64,000 bases of DNA from Stegostoma tigrinum (Eukaryota). The DNA lies in NCBI RefSeq assembly GCF_030684315.1, contig NC_081369.1, positions 41,692,630 to 41,756,629 of the forward strand, in the 5' to 3' direction. Both the position numbers and the translations under genes were made by a program. A model generated the notes under the pieces. It saw only the letters and a list, made by a program, of their open reading frames with translations. It was not told the origin of the DNA and made no database searches. This document shows positions 1-13,500 of the stretch, piece by piece. Each line of letters begins with the position of its first letter. The first letter of the stretch is position 1.

Positions 1-272
1 ACCAGAGGAGGAGGTTTCAGTTAGGGATTTCGAGGGAAGAGTGTATGCTTCGTAAATGCCATAGGCAATTGTCTTTGTCTGTTTGCCTGGTTCCCATTGG
101 GCAAAAAAGATTAAAATTATCTGTAAACCCTTCTGTTGATGGCTGATAGATGACAAATACATAATTATGCAAAATAGTATACATTATGTTAAACCACAAT
201 GTCTTTATGATCTTTATATTTAAAGAATCCCCTCTCCTAAAAGTTGACTGTGTGGTATAGACAGTATGATCT

Positions 273-900
273 TGTTATGGACCAGGCCAAATTCCCTTAA
301 AATATTTTAAGAAGGTAGGCTAGACCCTAACTTTTTCTTATTTTTAGGGTAGATGTGAAGTGGGTGTACCAGGTGTGGTGCAACTGGTTAAACCACTTGG
401 CATCAAGCGAAACACAATTTATTTAAACACCATAGTTAAAACACGAACGAAAGAAAGCAGAATTTAGAATAACTTAGCTATTAGAAAATTTAATTGAATA
501 CTCGATACAGTAATTTAACTAATCAACTATTCCAATATAGTAGCATCCCATAAACACACCTCTTGGCAAAAAGGTAAATTGGAACACAGATTCTTACAGG
601 CAGGAGGGCACAATATCCAGGAAGACTTCAGGGAAAGTCACTTTGGAATCCTTTACAAAAGCTTGCAGCCCTTTAGGACTCAAAACATCTTGTGACTGCT
701 ATAGCTAAAAAAGAACTAGAAAGCCTGAACTGGAAGAACTGCCACTCCCCTATCATTGTAGAACTGTTTTTAAAAAAACTGAAAAGGCTTTCTCTGTTGA
801 CTTTGGCAGTCTCTTGTAGCCACTTTTCCATCTCTGCCTTTACAACCTCTCTTGAAAAAGTCCCCAAACAAAATAACTTATTAAAAATGACATTGTCACA
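273..900. mobile_element. Solo LTR (Gypsy-like, inferred)
   Basis: Begins TGT(tat), ends (gtc)ACA; flanked by a perfect 4-bp TSD ATCT (269-272 and 901-904); 628 bp; no internal coding region. Confidence 0.75.
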
Positions 901-1089
901 ATCTTTGCTCAACAAAAATTGTTCAGCTCATCTGGGCAACTTTTGTTCTGAGCAAACCTGAAATCTCCAAGCAGCAAAGTTTCTTTTGGCCCTTTCCTGC
1001 CAATAGTTCTTCTGATTTTACTTATCAAAGAAATATCCCTAGCAAGAGTGTCAAATTTCTAAGCAAAGTTACTATTAAAAAGGCAACGT

Positions 1090-2680
1090 TGTGCATCTTA
1101 AAAATTGTTAGGATAGCTAAGTTCCCCGGTCCTGATGGGATCTATCCCCGAATATTGAATGAGGTAACAGAATAAATTGCTGGAGCATTGACAGACATCT
1201 TTGTATTCTCTTTGGCCATAGGTGAGGTCCCAGAGGACTGCAGAATAGCTAATGTTGTTCCATTGTTTAAAAAGGGTAACAGGGATAATCCAGGAAATTA
1301 CAGGCCTGTGAGCCTCAAGTCATTGGTAGGGAATCTATTGAAAAAGATTCTCAGATCTACAAGATCTATAAGCATTTAGGAGCAAATAGACTGATTAGCA
1401 ATAAACAGCATGGTTTTGGGCAGGTGAAGTCATGTCTCACTAACTTGATTAAGTTTTTTGAGGAAGTGACGAAGATGACTGATGGAGAAACGGTTGATGT
1501 TGTTTACATGGACTTCAGTAAAGCCTTTGACAAGGTCTATCGTGGCAGTTTGGTACAAAAGGTGAAGTCAGATGGTATCAGGGATGAGCTGGCAAGATGG
1601 ATACAGAACTGGCTTAGTCATAGGAAACAGAGGTGGAAGGATGCTTTTCAGAATGGAGAGCTGTGGCTAGTAGTTTCCACAGGGATCAAGCTGGGACCTC
1701 TGCTGTTTGTGATCTACATAAGCGATTTGGAGGAAAACGTAGCTAGTCTAATTAGTAAATTTGTGGATGATACAAAGATTGGTCGAGTTGCAGATAGTGA
1801 GGAGGATTGTCAGAAGATACAGCAGGATAATAGATCAATTGGAGGCATGCGCAGAAAAATGGCAGATGGAGCTTAATCTGGACAAATGAGAGGTGATGTA
1901 TTTTGGAAGGTCAAATACAGCTGGAAATTATACATGAATGGCAAAACCCTTAGGAGTATTGATATGCGGTGGGATCTGGGTGTGCAGGTCCATGAATCAC
2001 TGAAGGTGGCAGTGCAGATAGATAAGGTAGTAAAAAAGGCCTATGTCTTCCTTTCCTTCATTGGAAGAGGCATTGAGTATAAGAATAGACAAGTTATGCT
2101 GCAGCTTTTTGGAACTTTGGTTAGGTTACACTTAAGATTTTGTGTACAGTTCTGATCACTGCATTACCAAAAGGCCGTGGATGGTTTGGAGAAGGTACTG
2201 AAAAGGTTTACCAGGATGTTGTCTGGTATGGGGGATTTTAGCTATGAAGAAAGGTTGGATAGACTGGGTTTATTTTCACTGAAACTCAAAAGGTTGAGGG
2301 GTGACCCAATAGAAGTTTATAAGATTGTGAATGGCCTAAATAAGATTGGAAAGGGTGAAGCTTTTTCTGGGGTGCAGGGTTCAGTTACTAGAGAATACAG
2401 GTTTAAGGTGCAAGGTGGGGAAGGAGAAATTTAAGAGATGTGCAAGGCACGTTTTTCACACAAAGGGTGGTGAGTGCCCAGAATGCATTGCCAGAGGTGT
2501 TGATGGAAGCAGACACAATAGCAGCTTTCAAGAAGCCACCTGGACAAATAGATGAGCAGTAAGGCAATAGAGGGATATGGATCATGTAAGTGAAGACACT
2601 TTTAATATGGGAAGGGGAAAATGTGTTGGTACAGGCTTAGAGGACCGAAGGGTCTGTTTGTGTGCTCTATTGTTCTTTGG
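1090..2680 (+). mobile_element. CR1 LINE, 5'-truncated and frameshifted RT
   Basis: ORF pieces ANVVPLFKKG..PGNYRPVSL, SCLTNLIKFFEEVT, YMDFSKAFDKV, SKFVDDTKIG, RLRGDPIEVYKI, followed by the CR1 3'UTR. Confidence 0.92.
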
Positions 2681-3645
2681 AACACCATATCGGGGGGGGG
2701 TGAATAAAGTTTGAACAAGATAGGGTATGCCCCATTTTTATGATACAAATGCCAAGTTACATTTGTTTAAAGATCCATTTCTTGAGTACAGATTTGTAAA
2801 TGGGTGAGTAGGTAAGTGGGTGGTTGCAAGGTAGTTTAGTCAGGGTGAGTCAGCTGGCCAGGAGATGCTGGGTTCAATACTGTGGTTATTAGATCCACTT
2901 GGTAGAATAATTGGATGGGAGTTGTGACAGGTCATAGGATTTTGAGTGCAAAGCCAATAGGCAGATCAGGTCAGAGGGAGAGATTGTGGAATGATCAAGG
3001 TATCGGCAGGTCAGGGAAGGAGTTGGGCAATCACTTAGTTGATTGGGGGGAGTGGAGCTGTTTGTGGGCTTATCCAGTTGATTTACCAGATTTCAATTGA
3101 TCATTTTCTATATAATCATTAAAGGTAGCTCCTGTGGATTTGACCAAAGTTTCTGATTTTGGTTCAGAGTTGAAGGTAAGCTTGTGCTGAGTCTTGGGAA
3201 GCAAGGAATTTGATGAAAGGTTTAAACTTCCTGGACAATTCCCATGTTGTTGTGTGTTAGGATTTCTGCTGTGTCTTGACATACCTATCACTGTTGGAGA
3301 CCAGGTGCACAATAATCAAGAGGGACTGGAAGATCTTGGCCATTGTTTAAGGTCACTTATATTTCATCAGACTCAAATACTTTACTCCTGTTAGTAATTC
3401 TGCCAATGTAAGATTTGTCAATTCAAACAGCAAACCTAGTTATATAAATGCAAGATTTTACACTTCAATAAGAGATAATTCACTAATTTCTCTTGTTAAC
3501 AAGTGAAGCTATGTGCACCTCAGGTTTTTTGGATCACTTTTACCTGATGACAATCTCAAATGTACTAATAACAACTTTCATTGTGTCTTGTAAAGTACAA
3601 TTTCACTGATTCTTCAAAATAAAAATATCTGCATTAGCTAAATAG

Positions 3646-4942
3646 AGATAATGGGAACTGCAGATGCTGGAGAATCCAAGAAAACAAAGTGTGGAGCTGG
3701 ATGAACACAACAGGCCAAGCAGTATCTCAGGAGCACAAAAGCTGATGTTTTGGGCCTAGACCCTTCTTCGAGAGGGGGATGGGGAGAGAGTTCTGGAATA
3801 AATAGGGAGAGAGGGGGAGGCGGACTGAAGATGGAGAGAAAAGAAGATAGGTGGAGAGGAGAGCGGAGGGAGGGGATAGGTCAGTCCAGGGAAGACAGAC
3901 AGGTCAAGGAGGTGGGATGAGGTTAGTAGGTAGGAAATGGAGGTGCGGCTTGAGGTGGGAGGAAGGGATGGGTGAGAGGAAGAACAGGTTAGGGAGGGGA
4001 CAAACTCCGACACTTCTGCCATCTACAATCCGACCCCACCACCCAATACATTTTTCCATCCCCACCCTTGTCTGCCTTCCGGAGAGACCACTCTCTCTGT
4101 GACTCCCTTGTTCGCTCCACACTGCCCTCCAACCCCATCACACCCGGCACCTTCCCCTGCAACCACAAGAAGTGCTACACTTGCCCCCGCACCTCCTCCC
4201 TCACCCCCATGCCAGGCCCCAAGATGACTTTCCATATTAAGCAGAGGTTCACCTGCACATCCGCCAATGTGGTATACTGTATCCATTGTACCCGGTGTGG
4301 CTTCCTCTACATTGGGGAAACCAAGCGGAGGCTTGGGGACCGCTTTGCAGAACACCTCCGCTCAGTTCGCAATAAACAACTGCACCTCCCAGTTGCGAAC
4401 CATTTTAACTTCCCCCCTCCTATTCTTCAGATGACATGTCCATCATGGGCCTCCTGCAGTGCCACTAGGATGCCACCGGAAGGTTACAGGAACAGAAACT
4501 CATATTCTGCTTGGGAACCCTGCAGCCCAACAGCTTCAAAATCTCCCCTTCCCTCACCGCATCCCACAACCAGCCCAGTTTGTCCCCTCCCCCCCACTAC
4601 ATTCCAAAACCAGCCCAGCCTGTCTCTGCCTCCCTAACCTGTTCTTCCTCTCACCCATCCCTTCCTCCCACCTCAAGCCACACCTCCATTTCCTACCTAC
4701 TAACCTCATCCCACCTCCTTGACCTGTCTGTCTTCCCTGGACTGACCTATCACCTCCCTACCTCCCCACCTATCTTCTTTTCGCTCCATCTTCGGTCCGC
4801 CTCCCCCTCTCTCCCTATTTATTCCAGAACCCTCACCCCATCCCCCTCTCTGATGAAGGGTCGAGGCCCGAAACGTCAGCTTTTGTGCTCCTGAGATACT
4901 GCTTGGCCTGCTGTGTTTATCCAACTCCAAACTTTGTTATCT
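3646..4942. mobile_element. Penelope-like element with inverted pseudo-LTRs and a GIY-YIG endonuclease fragment
   Basis: ORF 4068+ gives CNHKKCYTC...NVVYCIHCTRCGFLYIGETKRRLGDRFAEH. About 330-bp terminal inverted repeats. TSD gcattagct(a/g)aatag at 3631-3645 and 4944-4958. Confidence 0.92.
4850..4877 (+). ncRNA. Minimal hammerhead ribozyme core in a Penelope pseudo-LTR
   Basis: CTGATGA-A-GGGT(cgag)GCCC-GAAAC-GTC: catalytic core motifs, a short stem II and the palindromic ACGT typical of PLE hammerheads. Only about 2 bp of stem I are visible. Confidence 0.65.
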
Positions 4943-7329
4943 TGCATTAGCTGAATAGTTTTGCAATAATGGCAATTTTGAAGAACTCCTCCCTGAGAAT
5001 TTTTATTCACTTGCAACATGTTTATGAATGTGTTCTATATGTTTGTAGAACTAAGAGAAAATTTAGGTGGGAGAAATTGTTATAAGTTGGATAAGCCCTC
5101 AGTGAAATTTTAAATTCATCAAAATTAGAAGTGGCAACAGAAACCAAACATCACTTTAGTACTTAGTTGCTATAAATGAAAACTGACAGTAGAATGATAT
5201 AGCACACGAAGTAGCACTCTCTGACCATAAATGTTGTTATGAGAAGCTTTCAGAATGATTTGCCAAAATTTCCATGACTACAAGCAATCACTTCTGGGTC
5301 ACTGACTGTTACCATAGAAAGTCTGGATGTCGAATTAGGTAATGAACTCTCAGAACACTTAACAAATCTGTGCAATGTGTATGAAGTGTTGCTGCACTAG
5401 ATGTGGCAATTATAAGGCCGAAATTGGGCCACGGATCTAATATAGTAAGCATGTTCACATTTGGACTGGTAAACATCTGTTCCCATTAGTATTACCGATT
5501 TTCATCTGCAGAAACCAGACCAAATATTTTAAAATAATTTTTCCACTTCAGAGAACAGGAGAATGATTTACATTTCCAACTACTCATTTTGACAAGTTAA
5601 GTCTGAAGTTGTTCACTTCATCCCAATTTCAGATGCATTTCTTTTCCCTTCCAATTGAAAACTTATGCACAGATTATTTCTTTTCTTATCACCTCAAAGC
5701 CATGCAGATAATTGGCAATTTGTTTTGCACTCAGTAAATTCCAAAAAAAAAGCGATGAAATTATTCTCCTATTAATCTGATCTCTAGTTGTGTCGGTTGA
5801 GAAAGGTCACTAGGACAGGATTCTGAGCTCTGGCCATGGTCAGAAATGGAGGTAGAAGGGAGATAGCTAGCTAGCATACTGGTTCCTGATTTGGGTCACT
5901 TTGTGGAGATGGGGCTGGGTGCATGACTGCAGACCCATGTGGAGCATCTAGCCAAAATAGTTCAATAAAACTTTATAGAGGGTAATTAAATGAGGCAGAC
6001 TGGGATTTTCCATTTTGTTTCAAGCTCCATGCAAGTGATAATGGTCAGTTCAGAAACCTGAAGCTTTACAAACCTGGGGCCAGCACTCCACACAGGCTTT
6101 GACCCATCAGTTACGTGTCTGGATACAAGAGAAACCACAAGATCCACTTTTCAAAAAAAAAATGTAAAAGTTTGGAGAAATTGTCTCCTTTTCGAGCCAG
6201 CATCTCCTTTTACTTATCTGCTATTCATTGTAGGGTTGTTTTAAATGGGATGTGGGTACCGCTTGCAACGTCAGCATTTTTGCTCTTCCCAATTTTTTTT
6301 CTTTAACCGAGTAGTATTATAGGCCACTTCAGAGGGTGGTTGCCTTTCAAGCTGCAAAGTCTGAAGTTGGCCCTTGGGCTTCACTATCCTATTTGTCACG
6401 TTGAATTGAAAGTGAACCCAACTTCAGATCACTTAAAAGTGCACACCCCTGTAAAAATCAACGCTGATAGGGGAGTTCAACACCCGTAACTTCCCAACAT
6501 GTTTCTTGCCCCTAGAGTGAAAATCAAAGTTCAGAACTTCCTTTTTAGATGTCACATCAGAAGAACATTTAAGTTTCTGCTCTTAATTATTTTTCATGAT
6601 GTGTATTACAACCCTAAGACATGCCTGAGGTTCCTATTTTTGCTACTGTTGGTCAACCTACCAATGAGATCCCACTCCTTACTAAAACAATAAAGTTGAA
6701 ATGCATAAGAATCAAAATGGAAAGCATCCAGATATCTCAAATTTTAGATTTCTAATTGGAGTCTCCCTTCCCTATTTCATGTCCCAAACTAATAAAAGTC
6801 TCAAATTGGTTAAGGCAAATTAAATACAGTACATTTACTTTGAGTCCCATGCACAATAATGAATGGAATTCCAAAAATGTGCCAAAAATTAAACTCAGTT
6901 TTAAAACTGGCAGAATTTCTGTAACATGTCATGGCCAGGGTAACTTTAAGAGAAAAGCTCATTATATCATCACTATCAAAGCACATGACATGACTCAAGA
7001 GTATAAAGGTTTCAGGCTTAATCTTAATCAGTCATTTGCAGCATGACACATTGAAAAAAGCATTACAACTTTGTGTAACTGATTACCTGATGACATTCAC
7101 AGATAAGAAGTGCTGCTAGTGCAAACCATCAGAACTAGCGGTTAGGTTATACACATAAATGGAGTCATCACTGTAATGCCCAAATTTGCTGTGAATTCAA
7201 ATTTCTTTACACATCATCAGTAAGAACGTCACGGACAGAGAAAAGTTCTGATGACCAGGAAGATATTGTAAGTGTGGGCCGGCAGTGTTTAGAAGAATAG
7301 CCTCCATGAAAAGCAGCTGTGGCAGCCAG

Positions 7330-10300
7330 GTCACCATGACTGGCACTGTTGTACAGCAAATAGGGTTAAAGTATAAGTGAACAGTAGTGACAAGGACTCT
7401 CTACAGTTAGAGGCACAGATAAACATTTCTGTGGCTACGAGCAAGATTCCAGAATGGTGTGTTTTCTCCTGGGTATTGGGATGTTTCTGAGTGGCTACAG
7501 GATATTCCGAAAGGGGCAGTGAGCAATCCTGGGCAGAGAGTCAGATGAGATCCTGCAAAGGGAATTCAGGGAGTTAGGTAGGAAGCTGAAAAGCAGGACC
7601 TCCAGGGTTGTAATCTCAGGATTACTTCCTGTACCACGTGCCAGTAAATCTAGGAATAGGAAGATAGCAGTTAAATAGTTGGCTAAAGAGCTGATGGAGG
7701 GAGGGTTTCAGATGTATAGATCATTGGGATGTCTTTTGGAGTAGATGAGATCTATACAAGGATTGGTTGCACCAATATCCTAGTCGAGATGTTTGCTAGT
7801 GTCAATTGGGAGAGTTTAAACTAGTGTAGCAGGGGATGGAAACCAGAGCAGTGGTTCAGTGAAGAAAATGACCAAAGGAGAGTCAGAGACTAAAATCAGT
7901 AAGGCTAAGGCGAAGAATAGACAAGGAAAGGTTACTGAACATGGCAGCACTGACAGTCTGTATTTGTTTTAATGTGGGGAGTATGACTGTTAAGGCAGAT
8001 GAACATCGATTAGTACATATAGCTATGATGTTGCAGCTATTACAGAGACTTAGTTGAGAGAGAGAAGACTGGCAGCTGAGCATTCCAAGATTTAAATATT
8101 TCAGGTGAGACAGCGAGGGATGTAAAAGAGGTGGGGGAGTTGCATTACTGATAAGGGAGCATATCACAGCCCCGGACTGAGGGAGAGCTCATTCAGCGAT
8201 GCCATGTGAATCGGCTCAGGATCAGGCAGAGGGTGCAATTACTTTTGATGGGATTGTACTACAGGTCTCCCAAGAGCCAGCGGATGACAGAAAAACAGAT
8301 ATCTGAAGATTATGGATAGGTGTGAAAACAACAAGATTGTTGAGTTGGGTGATTTATCATCCCCTATTGACTGGAACTTGCTTAGTGCCAGGGCTTAGAT
8401 CAGTTGGGAGGGTGGGGAAGACTTGTTAGGTGTGTCCAGGATGATTTTTTTGAAACAATGTGCATATAGTCAAAAGGAAGGATGGTACCATTCTAGAACT
8501 AGTCTTGGAGAATGAGCCCAGCCAAGTGATCGAAGTTTCAGTGGGAAGAGCATTTCTGGAACAGTGGCCATAAAACTAAGTTTTAACTTACTTTTGGATA
8601 AGGACAAGAGTAGTCCTCAGGTAAAAGTGCTAAACTGGTACAAGGTTAACTGTCACAACATTAATTAGGAACTGGGGAATGTAGAATGGGGGTGACTGTT
8701 TGAGGGTAAATCCATATTTGGCATGTGGAGATCTTTTAAAGGCCAACTGATTAAAGTTCAGGACCAGAATGTTCCTGTTAAAATGAAGGATGAAGAATGT
8801 CAATATTTGGGAACTTGGATGACAAGGGAAATTGAGGGCTTTTTTGAAAAGAAAAAGGAAGCATGCGTAAGGTTTTGAAGACAGACAGAGCCCTCAAAAG
8901 AATACAAAGGCAGCAGAAAAGAACTAAAACAAGGAATTAGGAGGGCCTAAAAAGGTGCCGTGAAATATCTTTGACAAACAGGATTAAGGAAAACCCTAAG
9001 GTGTTTATTACATATCTAAAGAGCAAGAGAGTAGCTAAGGGGTAGGGTCATTCAAGGACATAGAGGATAATTTATGCACGGAGCCAAAGGAAGTAGGTGA
9101 GGTGCTTAACAAATACTTTGCATCAGTATCCACAAAGGAGAAAGATATGGTGGATGGTAAGTCTTGGGAGGGGTATGTTTACATTCTCTGGCATGCCAAT
9201 ATAAAAATGTGCTGGGTGTTTTGAAAAGATTGAAGTAGACAAATCCCCAGGACCTGATGAGATCTATCCAGAATGCTGAGTGTGAGTGATAATGGGAACC
9301 GAAGATGCTGGAGAATCCAAGATAATAAAATGTGAGGCTGGATGAACACAGCAGGCTCAGGAGCACAAAAGCTGATGTTTTGGGCCTAGACCCTTCATCA
9401 GAGAGGGGGATGGGGTGACGGTTCTGGAATAAATGGGGAGAGAGGGGGAGGCGGACCGAAGATGGAGAGAAAAGAAGATAGGTGGAGAGGATTACAAGAG
9501 AGTTGCAGTGGGAGAGTGATTCCCTGAGGTTGGTCCGGAGGGAGGAGGGTAACTTCTTCAGGTTAGGCATCCCTGGAAGAGGCTTCGCAGTGAGGTTAAA
9601 ATTGCTGAGGGATGGAGGCAGGTGAGGAAATTGCTGGGGTCTCTTATGAATCTTTGTGACCTCTCCTGTAGTTAAAAAGGATACAGAGGTCTGTAGAGTA
9701 GTCAACATCGTTCCTTTAAGATATGCTATAGGGAGAATCCAGGTAATTACACACCAGTGAGCCTTCTATCAGTGGAAGCAAAATTATTGGAGAAGATTCT
9801 TAGGGATACAATTTACTCACATTTGGAAAAATATGGACTTATTAGAAATAGGCAGCATGGCTTTGTGCAGGGATGTCATTTTTGAGGAAGTGATAAAGAT
9901 GAATGATGAGGGTAGGATGGTGGATGTTAGGGTGGAAGCTTTGTCAAGGTCCGTCATGGTAGGCTCATACAAAAGGTGAAGTCACATGGGATTCACGGTG
10001 CGCTGGTAAGATGGATGCAGAAATATTTGGCTTTGTCATTGAAGACAGAGTAGCAGTGAAAGTGTGTTTTCAAATTGGAGATCTGTGACCAGTGGTATTC
10101 TGCAGGGATTAGTGCTGTTTGCAATATATACGAATGATTCGGAGGTGAACGTAGGTTACTTGTTTAGGAAGCTTGCAGATGACACAAAGGTTAAGTGGAG
10201 CTGAGGGTAGTCAGGCGTATTGCCAGAGGCTACAGCTGTATATAGAAGTCTAGAGACATGGCCGGAGAAATGACAGAGTTTAATGCAGACAAATATGAGG

Positions 10301-10750
10301 TGCTAATTTTGAGACGGCAGTATACAGTAAATGTCAGAAACCTTAGTAGTGTCAACATACAGAGGAGTCTAGTAGTAATAAAGGTCCCCATAGAGGTTTA
10401 CAAAATTATAAAAGTTACGGATAGAATGGGATAGAGTCTACTCCCTGGTGTAGAAATGCCAATTAAGAGGGGACACAAGTTTAAGGAGGTAAGTTTAAAG
10501 GCAATATGAGAGGCAGATTTTCTTTTACACAGAGGGTGGTAAATGTCTTAAATGCACTGCCAGAGGTGGTGGTGGTGGAGGCAGAGGCAGATACAATAGC
10601 AACATTTAAGTAGTATCTTGACAGGCATGTGAATAGGCAGGGAACTGAGGGAGACCGACAATGTACAGGCAACAGCTTTTAATTTAGAATGGCATCATGT
10701 GACAGCACAGTCTTCATGTGCCAAAGGGACTGTTCTAGTTTTCTGTTCTT
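7330..10750 (+). mobile_element. Long decayed CR1 LINE (ORF1 esterase region to 3' end), interrupted by a Penelope fragment
   Basis: Degenerate SRVVISGLLPVPRA-like ORF1 at ~7600, endonuclease and RT remnants, and a CR1 3' tail near 10730-10750. Confidence 0.8.
9281..9602 (-). mobile_element. Penelope-like fragment (pseudo-LTR with tail, joined to an internal segment) inserted in CR1
   Basis: Same pLTR sequence as at 3646 and 34529; short duplication tgctgag at 9274-9280 and 9603-9609; the host CR1 reading resumes across it. Confidence 0.8.
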
Positions 10751-10968
10751 TAAAATGTGAAGAGCTCATTTAGTTTGGTTTAATTCTACTTGTGTTTTTT
10801 TTTAAATGAGAAAAGCAAGTTTCAAATATCTGAATGGTCAAACTGATCATTGGAATATCCCTTTAAATACATGCTATACAAATCAAGTAGTTCTAAATTA
10901 ATGCAGGACTCGCAAACTAAACTTGGTGGGGGGGGGGGGAGAAAACCCAGAAAGCTGCAGTTTAACTT

Positions 10969-10974
10969 TTTATT
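10969..10974 (-). terminator. Polyadenylation signal (distal candidate)
   Basis: Minus strand reads tgtaaatt...aacaAATAAAaagttaaactgcagctttctgggttttct, at the end of about 1.4 kb of UTR-like unique sequence. Confidence 0.35.
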
Positions 10975-12429
10975 TGTTTAGATAGTAATTTACAGAAATA
11001 TAATTGTCAAAGTATACAAAGTCCCAACAAAAGCAAAATACACTTAGTTTCAACAATTAAACACCGATGCAAATAATGTTCTCCCAAACCACCAATGTCA
11101 GTGCTGTTAGTAACTATTACTGAAGCATAACAATGATATAATTTGGTGCTGTTTTAAATCACAGCAGGAAAACTTTAAAAGGACTCATTTTGCAAAAAGT
11201 AACAAGTTGTTTCAATTATATAGTGAGTATATATTGGATAACAAAGCCATACTTATACTTTTAAAAACATTTTCTGGCAACATGTGTCTGGATGAGGGAG
11301 CACAATGTTGTTTTTGATCAACTGTGATAACTCTTGAAAGGTACTAGAATTCAGTACACCGACAAAGGACCAGAAGAAGGTCTGAGACTTCTCAAACCTC
11401 CACCAAAAATACTCTGTAGTTACACATAAGAGGTGCTGAAATATGACCTCAGATGGAAACTAGCCGATGTTTTCATTATCATTGGCTGGGAAATTCTGTA
11501 ATTCAAAATAAAACTTCTAACTTTAAACAGAGCTTCTGTCAGCACTTGAAAAGAGAAAAGACCGGTTACCATCTCTGCACCAACCTGAAATAATAATGTT
11601 TTCAAAATTTACTTGCAGTTCTTTTGTCTTCCAGCTGAGATTTCCTCTGTTCAGTTCTGCATTCAACAATTTTGCAGAGATTTGTATCTCATCTTATAAT
11701 GAGGGAGGAGTAAAACTATATCACATGACCAACCCTATTTTCTCAAGTTCTTGTCAATGTTACGCTTTCAGCATGTATAGTAAGCATTTGTATTCCTTCA
11801 AGTCAGTAACTTTACATTTCATATTCAACATGGACCACAATTTTTCAAAAGCAAAGAACAGGGAATCAGAAAGTGTTAGAAAATAATATTTGGCAAAGGC
11901 AAAAAGGAAGAGTTGTGGCAGTACAGTTCAATTATGGAATGTTGGAAAGTTGTTGTCGTCCTTGACAGTCTACATGATTGCAGTTGACAGACAAGAAAGC
12001 TATGATGATCCTTACAATAGTGAGAAAGAGACAGATAAATGGAAATCAGGATTGAGGATAAGATTTTTGTAAAGGATGCAGGAAAACTTCTTTGGTGAGT
12101 ACGCCCTCCATCCAACATGACGATACGCTTTTCTAGATCTTGTGTTAGGGATTTGGATGAACTAATTGCATATGGACAAACATTTGATTTAATGATCACC
12201 ATATTACAAGGCTTGGATTAGAAATGCAGAAAAGCAATGAACAGCCTTAAGTGGAACTCACATGGTTATAAGATCTCGATTCAGGGCTCTATGGAGGTTG
12301 AGGGAAAAGGGAATATGATGAAACAAAAATAAGTCTGTATTATACACATCAAATGAATGCTTCAAGCAACAATCAGGCTAAATAAAATAAGTTGAAGGGA
12401 GATATACAACTGGCTGAGTAAAGAATCAG

Positions 12430-13500
12430 AACAAAATGGCAACTAATATTAGAAGGGAACAAAAACTTCTATTAGGATGCAAATGGATAGTAAGAGATAA
12501 TAGGGTTGGCCTTTTTATGAACAAAGAGGGTGATGTGTGTTTTGAGCTCCGGGTCAGGCAGGAATAATTACAGCACTCTTATCCAGTGTTTAGTAAAGTG
12601 GAAGATGCTGACAAAACATCAGAAGTGGGGATAATAGAGGTAATGAGCGGCATGAAAATTGTTAGGCATGAGCAGCTAGAAGGGCTAATTGTGGTGAGTT
12701 AGTAAGTCACTTGATCCTGATCGCTCACATTCCAGGTCACTAACGGAATGAGGGTAGAACGAGCTGAAAGGCTTGCCATAATCTTTCAAATTTTGGTTGA
12801 TACTGGGCAAGTGCCTGAGTTTTGGACAGCGAGTGGCAAATAGCTTTCGGTGGGGATGATTTCAATTAACAAGGCACACTGGCAAAATGGGCAGACAAGA
12901 AACATATGGAATTTGATACAAGTGTGAGGTAATGTATGCAGAAGCAATAAGGAGAAGCATTTTTGATTTGTGGAATCAAGTCTAAAGAGTTATGCAAGTG
13001 CAGAGGGCTCCGTGAGTTCATGTGCACAGAAAGTGGCAGGGCACACAGAGTGAAACTTGTACTTCATAAGTCTGAGTGCAAAAGCAAAGAAATTGGGCCT
13101 TTATTTTAAAAAAAACACTATTTAAAGTAGTGTGTCCAGTTCTGCTTACCAAATTTTAAGAACACTGAGGATCCTTCAGAAGGTGCAGAGGAGATGCACC
13201 AGAATGGTTCCAGGTTTCTGGGATTTGAGTTATTAAGGGTATATCCTTGGAGTGAATTATATTTAGTAAATCTTACGAGAGGCTTAGACAAGATGCACAA
13301 GCAAAGACTGTTCCCATTCATTGGCTGGGTAAAGAATAAGGGACACAGATTTACATTATTGGGCAAGAGATGCTGGGGGATGTAATAAATAAACTTTTAC
13401 GCAATGAGTGCAAATTCGATGCAAACTTAAGGAAAACAAATTTACAGCATCACAAGTGGAATGTGGGATTAGATTAGAAACAGCAGGCATGGTCTGCTAA
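12430..13500 (+). mobile_element. Highly decayed CR1 LINE
   Basis: Weak remnants resembling YCVQFW and RRFTRMVP, plus a CR1-like 3' region. Confidence 0.6.

Noticed and set aside
4960-7330. Exons of a downstream neighbour gene (e.g. NQO1 by mammalian synteny)
   Set aside because: I found no recognisable coding exon with splice sites; short exons could have been missed by eye.
9106-9708. 200-aa minus-strand ORF
   Set aside because: It crosses CR1/Penelope junctions and is a chance chimera of repeat sequence.
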